NCBI GenBank assembly: GCA_019057815.1
Contig: JAHLWR010000006.1
Location: 1-64,000, forward strand
Reading direction: 5' to 3'
DNA length: 64,000 nucleotides
From: Candidatus Heimdallarchaeota archaeon
GTDB taxonomy: Archaea > Asgardarchaeota > Heimdallarchaeia > Heimdallarchaeales > Heimdallarchaeaceae
Every line of letters begins with the position of its first letter. The first letter of the stretch is position 1. The translations under genes and the position numbers were made by a program. The notes beneath the pieces were generated by a model, which did not search any database, was not told the origin of the DNA, and worked only from the letters and a program-made list of their open reading frames with translations. Shown in pieces: positions 57,067 through 64,000 of the stretch.

Positions 57067-57675
57067 TTATTTTTGAGAATCTTGTAAATCCTCTTCAATA
57101 ACTATTTCAACGCGTTTTTTTGCGCGTTTTTCTAATAATTTTTCTTTTTTCATCCAATCCTTTTTCCAGCCTAACCTAATTACATCCTTGAGCCAGTTCA
57201 TAGCTTCAAGAAGTTCCGAAACCTCTGGTGTTTCAAATATTTGCCAGTTTCTATCAGTAAGTCGAATAAGCGAGAGGTTTTCTATGAGTTCTCCTCGAGA
57301 TAGTGCACCTTGAAGGTTTGAGTTGTAGGAACATATTGCAATTGGAAGATTCTTAGTGTTTTCAGACCAAAGTAGTTTCTCCCATAAGAAAATTCTTTCA
57401 TATTTAATCATATCTTCTTTTGATGCATCAATGAGATAAAGTATGCCTTCGAATGGTTCAAACAAATTTGGTTTGAACTTAAATCTTTCGTTTATTGGTA
57501 ATTTATTGAGGGAGTCATCGATAATAAAATCAGATGTTGGAGCATGTGTATTTAAAAGGCGAACTCTGTTGCGCGTTGCAGGATTAGAACAACCAATAAT
57601 TAGTATAGAAACCTCTGGTTTACCTAATTTTCTACGTAATTTCTGTTTTAAAGATGATTTGGTCATGCTAGTCAT
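57067..57675 (-). CDS. Arf-family-fold protein with degenerate G motifs (pseudo-GTPase)
   Basis: LGKPEVSILIIG, EGILYLIDAS, LQGALSRGELIENLSL..LTDRNWQIFET and LEAMNWL are colinear with Arf/Arl. Confidence 0.75.
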   Translation of the reverse strand: MTSMTKSSLKQKLRRKLGKPEVSILIIGCSNPATRNRVRLLNTHAPTSDFIIDDSLNKLPINERFKFKPNLFEPFEGILYLIDASKEDMIKYERIFLWEKLLWSENTKNLPIAICSYNSNLQGALSRGELIENLSLIRLTDRNWQIFETPEVSELLEAMNWLKDVIRLGWKKDWMKKEKLLEKRAKKRVEIVIEEDLQDSQK

Positions 57676-57804
57676 TGGGTCTCGCTATTGTGCAAAGACT
57701 ATAAATGTTTAAGAATGTTATGTCACCAAACTCATAAGTGTACAGACTAGTTCAATCAATCTGTAATGGGTTTTACTTCCCATATTTGTAGAGGAGAAAA
57801 AAAC

Positions 57805-58305
57805 ATGCTATATAAACAAAAGATTCTCAATGTTGTTGTTGCTGGTATTAATAATGAAGACAAATGGCTACTAATTAAGCGTAAAAAAGGGGATTACCAA
57901 GATAAGTGGGCACTTGTTGGGGGAAAAATGGAATTTGGTGAAACAATTAAACAAGCTATACTGAGAGAAATTAGAGAAGAGACAGGATTAAACGTCGTTT
58001 GGAATGGAGTAAAGGCTCTAATTAATGAAAGATTACTAGAGAAAGAATCAGGACAACAAACGAAACATTTTCTAATAATATTATGCCACACTGTTACTGA
58101 AACTGGAAAAGTGAAACCTACAGATGAAGGGTTATTACAATGGTTTAGTTTAGATGAGATTAGAACAATAGAAGAACAAATAATTCCTTCTGATTTTTAT
58201 ATGATAACAGAGTTGTTAATTGCACAAAACATGAGTGGAATTATTGAAATTGACTTGGAACAGGAAGAAGGAAATCTAGAATTAAGTAAACTAAGTATTT
58301 ATTAA
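57805..58305 (+). CDS. NUDIX hydrolase
   Basis: [23 protein letters not shown] Nudix box; GAGGAG upstream. Confidence 0.92.
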   Translation: MLYKQKILNVVVAGINNEDKWLLIKRKKGDYQDKWALVGGKMEFGETIKQAILREIREETGLNVVWNGVKALINERLLEKESGQQTKHFLIILCHTVTETGKVKPTDEGLLQWFSLDEIRTIEEQIIPSDFYMITELLIAQNMSGIIEIDLEQEEGNLELSKLSIY

Positions 58306-58323
58306 AGAAGGTAAAAGAAGGTA

Positions 58324-59286
58324 ATGAAATTGGATGTCAAAAAAGAAGTTTTAGACGCGGAAATACGCATAAGAGACTATATAAGAGAAACTCCAATCGA
58401 ATATTCCCCTTTTCTAAGTAAAAAGGGGAAAGGAAAAGTTTTTCTTAAACTGGAAAATTTTCAGATAACAAGTTCTTTTAAATTACGTGGCGCGTTAAAT
58501 AAACTTCTATTTTTTAAGGAACAAGGCATTAAAGAAGGTTTTATCACTGCTTCAACAGGTAACCACGGGGCCGCATTTGCTTATTCATTGGAAAAGCTTG
58601 GATTGTCTGGGTCTATCTATTTACCTAAAACCACTTCACCTGCTAAACTCGAAGCTCTACGGGATTATAACGTGGAACTAAAATATTATGGAAATGATTG
58701 TATTGATACTGAAAAATATGCTAAAAAAGTAGCAGAAAACGAAAATAAACATTATATTTCTCCCTACAACGACCCACAAATCATTGGTGGTCAGGGAACA
58801 ATAGGAATAGAACTTGAGAGACAACTTGATGTCTTAGATGCTGTTTTTGTTCCTATAGGTGGAGGAGGGTTGATTTCTGGTGTTGGAGGATATCTCAAAT
58901 CTATTAATAATGGTATTGAAATCGTTGGATGTCAACCACTAAACTCTCCTGTTATGTATGAATCTCTGAGAAAAGGGCAAGTTATTGATATGGAATCAAA
59001 ATCTACTCTCTCTGATGGCACTGCTGGGGGTATAGAAAAAGATTCAGTAACTTTTGATATATGCAAGCAGAGTGTTGATAATTTTGAACTTGTTTCCGAA
59101 GAAGAAATAAAAAGAGCTATACATCTGGTTTTTGAAAAACACTTTATGACTGTTGAAGGAGCTGCAGCTCTTACTGTTGCCTCGTTCATCAAAAGAGAAG
59201 AACAGTATTCAGAACAAAACGTAGTTTTAATAGTTAGTGGAGCTAAAATAAGCTTGGATGTAATGAAAAAAGTTTTTTGTAAATAG
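58324..59286 (+). CDS. Threonine/serine dehydratase (PLP fold II)
   Basis: SFKLRGA, ASTGNHG, GQGTIG and PIGGGGL motifs. Confidence 0.92.
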   Translation: MKLDVKKEVLDAEIRIRDYIRETPIEYSPFLSKKGKGKVFLKLENFQITSSFKLRGALNKLLFFKEQGIKEGFITASTGNHGAAFAYSLEKLGLSGSIYLPKTTSPAKLEALRDYNVELKYYGNDCIDTEKYAKKVAENENKHYISPYNDPQIIGGQGTIGIELERQLDVLDAVFVPIGGGGLISGVGGYLKSINNGIEIVGCQPLNSPVMYESLRKGQVIDMESKSTLSDGTAGGIEKDSVTFDICKQSVDNFELVSEEEIKRAIHLVFEKHFMTVEGAAALTVASFIKREEQYSEQNVVLIVSGAKISLDVMKKVFCK

Positions 59287-59401
59287 ATTTAGATATTTTC
59301 AAATAGTTTGTGAATTAGGTTTATGAACTACACCACCTAAAGGGAGATAATTTATACTGTGTTCAGTAAAACATATTTAATGTAAAGATAATGATAGACA
59401 A

Positions 59402-60316
59402 ATGAAAGCTATAGAAAATATGATAGAATTAATTGGTAACACACCTTTGTTGAGATTACGAAAAGTTTTTCCTGATTCCAAAATTTTTGGAAAGTGTGAA
59501 TTTATGAATCCGTTAAGCTTGAAGGATCGACCAATTTTACAGATTTTCAAAGATGCTGAAGACGCAAGTAAATTGAAACCCGGTGATACCGTAATTGAAT
59601 GTACAAGTGGTAACACAGGAATGGCTGTTGCTTTCATTTCAACCATTAAAGGTTATCATGCTGTTTTAGTGATGTCTGAAATCCAAAGTATTGAAAGACG
59701 TCAGATTCTGAGAGCGTTAGGAGCCGAGTTGATTCTTACTCCTGCTGAACTTGGAACTGAAGGAGCAAGACAAAAATTAAAAGAGATACTCGAAGAACAT
59801 CCCGATTATTTCTATGTTGGACAACATATTAATTCCTCCAACCCAAAGGCTCATTATTTGACTACAGGACCAGAAATATGGACAGATACTGAAGGTAAAA
59901 TAGATATTTTAATTGCTGGATTAGGTACTGGTGGAACAATATGTGGTGCAGGGAAGTATTTAAAAGAAAAAAATCCCAATATTCGTCTTCTAGCCGTTGA
60001 GCCTTTTGAATCACCATATATTTCGAAGGGAATCTTTCATCCCCACATGATTATGGGTACAGCACCTGGTTTTTTCCCAAAAATACTAGATGTAGAGATA
60101 ATTGATGAAATTGTTTTAATAAAACAGGAAGATGCCTTTCAGATGTGTAGAGACATTGCAAGAAGAGAAGGATTATTAGTAGGTATTAGTTCTGGAGCTG
60201 TTTGCAAAGCTGCAGAGAAAATTCTTCAATACACAGAGAATAAAGATAAAATTATCGTTGTTGTATTGGCTGATACTGGACAGCGTTATTTAAGTGTTGA
60301 AGGGTTGTTTGGGTAA
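59402..60316 (+). CDS. cysK: Cysteine synthase (O-acetylserine sulfhydrylase family)
   Basis: IGNTPL, SLKDR, TSGNTG, GTGGT and DTGQRYLS motifs. Confidence 0.9.
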   Translation: MKAIENMIELIGNTPLLRLRKVFPDSKIFGKCEFMNPLSLKDRPILQIFKDAEDASKLKPGDTVIECTSGNTGMAVAFISTIKGYHAVLVMSEIQSIERRQILRALGAELILTPAELGTEGARQKLKEILEEHPDYFYVGQHINSSNPKAHYLTTGPEIWTDTEGKIDILIAGLGTGGTICGAGKYLKEKNPNIRLLAVEPFESPYISKGIFHPHMIMGTAPGFFPKILDVEIIDEIVLIKQEDAFQMCRDIARREGLLVGISSGAVCKAAEKILQYTENKDKIIVVVLADTGQRYLSVEGLFG

Positions 60317-60521
60317 GCTTCTTTATTATAAGTGGTCCACATTACATCTTTGATACTTAGATCAATTTCTTCTTCGAGACCTTCCGGATTATGTTTGATT
60401 TTGTAATTTGATATAAACTGATAAGTGATTTACATTTATTGATATTTCATTTTCAACAATCATTTGGACTGTTCAATTGTATTAACTTTGTAATACACGT
60501 TTTTATTAGATACAAATATTA

Positions 60522-60731
60522 TTGTTGGATGTGGAGTTTCTTAACTACTTTGATGTTCAAAGCGAAGAAATTGAAAACAAAGATGTCAGAAACTACTTAA
60601 AAAAACTCTATCAAGAAATTAGTGCTCCAAAAGGAAAAGTTTCCTCTTGGCAGATACTTTCTCATCCGGACGAAGGCATGAAGCGGATTTCAGTAATTTA
60701 CGATGTAGAAGGAATAAAAAATCTGAAATAA
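60522..60731 (+). CDS. Small hypothetical protein (69 aa)
   Basis: Isolated ORF with plausible composition; TTG start. Confidence 0.5.
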   Translation: MLDVEFLNYFDVQSEEIENKDVRNYLKKLYQEISAPKGKVSSWQILSHPDEGMKRISVIYDVEGIKNLK

Positions 60732-60882
60732 AAGTTGTATTTTCAGCTTTAACATTATGTTTAACAACATTTTTTTGTAAATCATTAAAATAACCTTAAA
60801 TTGAAGATAAAACTTCACTTCTTTTTAAGGTGAAATCATTCTGTTGAATAAGCAGACTTTTCAATCTGAAAGAGAGGTGAAA

Positions 60883-62862
60883 ATGAGGATGCCACTAAAA
60901 ATAGAAACATCAATGAAACCCAAAGGAGACCAACCTAAAGCAATAAATCAGTTAGTGGAGGGTGTGAAGAAAGGTGCGAAATTTCAAACACTGATGGGAG
61001 TGACAGGATCAGGAAAAACAGCTACAATGTCATGGGTTATTGAACGCCTTAATCTTCCTACTCTTGTTGTTGCTCCAAATAAGACTCTTGTGGCTCAGCT
61101 TTATGGTGAATTTAAAACTTTCTTCCCTTCTGCTCGCGTGGAATATTTCGTTTCATTTTACGATTATTATCAACCTGAAGCTTATCTTCCCTCTAAAGAT
61201 CTCTATATTGAGAAAGATGCCGATATCAATAAAGAGATTGAACGCTTACGTCACTCAACACTTGAAGCTTTAGCCACCAGAGAAGATGTAATAATTTGTG
61301 CTACCGTTTCTTGTATTTATGGCACGGGTAATCCTGAACTTTATCGGCTTAAAAAAATCTCTTTGGCTGTTGGGGCTCCTTTTGATCGTAAGGATTTAAT
61401 GATGCAACTTGTATTGAATCAATATCAAAGGAATGATATTAACCTGGTTAGAAAGAGTTTTCGCGTGCGTGGAGATTCGATTGATATCTTTCCAATGTAT
61501 GGTGATCATGTATATCGTATAGAGTTCTTTGGAGATGAAGTTGAACGCCTAACATCTCGTGATCCCATAACTAATGAGAAAGTTAGAGATTTAAGGTATC
61601 TAGATCTCTACCCAGGTACGCACTATTTAACAAGTGAAGTGTGGTTTGATGATGCTTTAGAAGCTATCAAAATTGAACTGGATATGCGCTTAGCTGAACT
61701 AGAGAAAGAAGGAAAAATTGTCGAAGCCCATAGATTAAGACAACGAACACTTCATGACTTAGAACTACTAAAGGAAACACATGGGTGTCCAGGAATCGAG
61801 AACTACTCTCGACATTTTGATATGCGGAAGAAAGGCGAAAACCCCTTTACTCTCCTAAATCACTTTCCTGAAGACTTTCTTCTAGTTATTGATGAATCGC
61901 ATCTTACAATTCCCCAAATAAGGGGGATGTTTAAGGGAGATTATGCTAGAAAGAAGAATCTCATAGAGCATGGTTTTAGACTCCCTTCAGCTTTTGATAA
62001 TCGTCCTCTTAAATTTGAAGAATTTGAGAAATATATCAATAAGACTATTTTTACCAGTGCAACACCTGGTCCATATGAAGAGAAAAACTCGTCCCAAATT
62101 GTTGAACAAATCATACGTCCAACAGGATTAATTGATCCTAGTATTGAAGTTAGAGCAACTGAAGGGCAGATTGTGGATCTTATTTCAGAGATAAAACAAA
62201 GAATATCCAATAAAGAGCGTGTTTTAGTTACAACCTTATCAAAGAGTATGGCTGAAGAATTATCAGGATATCTTATAGATATGGGAATAAAATCTGTTTA
62301 TTTACACCATGAAGTTAACACATTAGAGCGAATAAACATACTTAAAGATTTGAGAACGGGTAAATATGATGTTGTAGTAGGAATAAATCTTCTTAGAGAG
62401 GGATTAGATTTACCTGAAGTAAGTTTGGTTGCTATCCTTGATGCAGATAAAGAAGGTTTCTTGCGCTCTAAAACATCACTTATTCAATTAATGGGACGAG
62501 CTAGTCGTAATATTCATGGTCATGTGTTACTTTATGCGGATAAAGTGACCGACTCAATGAAATATGCTATTGTTGAAAATAATAGAAGAAGACAGATACA
62601 ACTTGATTTCAACCGAAAATACAATATTAAACCAAAAACTGTCACAAGCGAGATCAAATCAATAGTTGACGCCTTAATGCAAGTTTCACAGGATGATGAA
62701 ACAATAAAACTTCCTAGAGAAATGTCAAGCTCTGATATACCTTTTATTATAGACGATTTGAAACACAAGATGGCGGAAGCAGCTGCTGAACTGAATTTTG
62801 AACAAGCAGCTTCTTATCGCGATAAAATAATAGAACTTGAAAAGATGAGGTCTAATTTATGA
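60883..62862 (+). CDS. uvrB: Excinuclease ABC subunit B
   Basis: GVTGSGKT, YDYYQPEAY, DESH, INLLREGLD and UVR domain; GAGGTGA upstream. Confidence 0.97.
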   Translation: MRMPLKIETSMKPKGDQPKAINQLVEGVKKGAKFQTLMGVTGSGKTATMSWVIERLNLPTLVVAPNKTLVAQLYGEFKTFFPSARVEYFVSFYDYYQPEAYLPSKDLYIEKDADINKEIERLRHSTLEALATREDVIICATVSCIYGTGNPELYRLKKISLAVGAPFDRKDLMMQLVLNQYQRNDINLVRKSFRVRGDSIDIFPMYGDHVYRIEFFGDEVERLTSRDPITNEKVRDLRYLDLYPGTHYLTSEVWFDDALEAIKIELDMRLAELEKEGKIVEAHRLRQRTLHDLELLKETHGCPGIENYSRHFDMRKKGENPFTLLNHFPEDFLLVIDESHLTIPQIRGMFKGDYARKKNLIEHGFRLPSAFDNRPLKFEEFEKYINKTIFTSATPGPYEEKNSSQIVEQIIRPTGLIDPSIEVRATEGQIVDLISEIKQRISNKERVLVTTLSKSMAEELSGYLIDMGIKSVYLHHEVNTLERINILKDLRTGKYDVVVGINLLREGLDLPEVSLVAILDADKEGFLRSKTSLIQLMGRASRNIHGHVLLYADKVTDSMKYAIVENNRRRQIQLDFNRKYNIKPKTVTSEIKSIVDALMQVSQDDETIKLPREMSSSDIPFIIDDLKHKMAEAAAELNFEQAASYRDKIIELEKMRSNL

Positions 62863-64000
62863 GCCTTTTCTCCGATTTAGAATCTTTACCTGATGTTCCT
62901 GGGATTTATTTAATGAAGGATGAAAATGAAACAGTTATCTACGTTGGCAAGGCTAAAAGTTTGAAACAAAGGGCAAAACAGCATTTTGCAATCACTGAAG
63001 ATTCAAAAGAACTTCAACTTCAAACATTAACAAAAAGAGTCGATTGGTTTGTAACAAGAACAGAAGCAGAGGCTATATTATTAGAAAAAAGGATGATACA
63101 GCAATTATCACCCAAATTGAATGTTAAGCTTAAAGATGACAAATCGTCTCTTCTAATCCGAATAACAATGGAAGAGAGATATCCACAACTTTTGATAGTT
63201 CGGGATACTGACTTAAAAATGAGAAAAAGCCTATATTTCGGTCCATATCCAAGCGCGACTGCACTTCGTGAAACTGTTAAGCTGATTTTGAGACTTTTTC
63301 CTATTTGTAATTGTGGAAAAAAAGTTGAAAGGATGAGAGAAAGGAAAACTACTGTTAGGTGTATGCGTGCCAGAATTGGACGATGTTTAGCTCCCTGTAT
63401 GAACGATGTTTCAGTAAGGCAATACAAAAAACACGTTCGTAATGCCATATCTTTTCTTCAAGGGGAGGTTGCAGATCTTTTTGATAGCCTTGAAAAAGAA
63501 ATGTGGGAAGCAGCAGAACAAGAAAATTTTGAGAAATCTTCAGAAGTTAGAAATCTTATTGCAACTATTCAATCGTCTCTGTTTTTCCAGAAAGATACAA
63601 GATCAGAAGTGCGTGATGTTGATATATTAGCATTTGAAGAAGATGAAAATATTATTGTTTTTTGTAAACTGGAATTTCGTGCTCACCGTATTAATCATTT
63701 ACAAATTTATACACACATGAAAGAAGAAATATCTCCAACTACCATGAGAGAAATATTCTCTCTCGTATATGGTATTGAGCGTCCAAAAGCTAAATTACTA
63801 ATAAGTAAAAAAATGGTAGAGCGGTTTGTGAATGATGAAAAAATAGATTTCTCTACTCCAACCGATGAAAAATCAGAAGATTTAGTTGAAATTGCAAGGA
63901 AAAATGCAAAAACTGAGCTCCTAAAATATATGAGAGACGAAAAATATAAGGAAGATTTAGTCAAAACTCTGATGGAAATGCAAAAACTCCTACGTTTACC
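62859..64000 (+). CDS. uvrC: Excinuclease ABC subunit C, 3'-truncated by window
   Basis: ATGA overlap with uvrB. Reads MSLFSDLESLPDVPGIYLMKD..IYVGKAKSL (GIY-YIG), then KDDKS, YFGPY and C..PC. Confidence 0.93.
   Translation, partial: MSLFSDLESLPDVPGIYLMKDENETVIYVGKAKSLKQRAKQHFAITEDSKELQLQTLTKRVDWFVTRTEAEAILLEKRMIQQLSPKLNVKLKDDKSSLLIRITMEERYPQLLIVRDTDLKMRKSLYFGPYPSATALRETVKLILRLFPICNCGKKVERMRERKTTVRCMRARIGRCLAPCMNDVSVRQYKKHVRNAISFLQGEVADLFDSLEKEMWEAAEQENFEKSSEVRNLIATIQSSLFFQKDTRSEVRDVDILAFEEDENIIVFCKLEFRAHRINHLQIYTHMKEEISPTTMREIFSLVYGIERPKAKLLISKKMVERFVNDEKIDFSTPTDEKSEDLVEIARKNAKTELLKYMRDEKYKEDLVKTLMEMQKLLRL

Noticed and set aside
60320-60450. Minus-strand open stretch downstream of cysK
   Set aside because: No usable start or recognisable homology.
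63020-63964. ORF-track entries 63020..63448, 63442..63630 and 63707..63964
   Set aside because: These are shadow ORFs of uvrC, which the track missed because it runs off the window.

Overview
AT-rich archaeal chromosomal window, most likely Asgard (Heimdallarchaeia-like). This assignment is an inference from a two-domain gelsolin, an Arf-fold protein, archaeal DtdA and BHB-intron tRNAs. The backbone is housekeeping and metabolic: formate dehydrogenase, argF, cysS, cysK, a peptide ABC transporter, uvrB/uvrC and five tRNAs (three with canonical introns). Most notable observations: (1) A five-gene operon (51753-57675, - strand) encoding an Arf-fold pseudo-GTPase, a ChlI/MoxR-type AAA+ ATPase, a vWA/MIDAS protein, a gluzincin-like protein with HExxH changed to HAxxH, and a HEAT-repeat protein. 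(2) A ~13-kb integrase-less island inserted inside hyuB, bounded by a perfect 62-bp direct repeat and carrying a diverged replacement 5' end of hyuB. Its cargo is a beta-propeller, a subtilase and a 2496-aa membrane protein with a candidate PD-(D/E)xK motif. (3) Two unannotated, apparently paralogous 41-aa micro-ORFs with a shared C-terminal motif. (4) An ORB-like element, a candidate replication origin with no cdc6 nearby. (5) An FDH partner subunit of NuoF/HydB type that lacks the FMN/NADH module. All calls come from motif recognition by eye; no searches were run.
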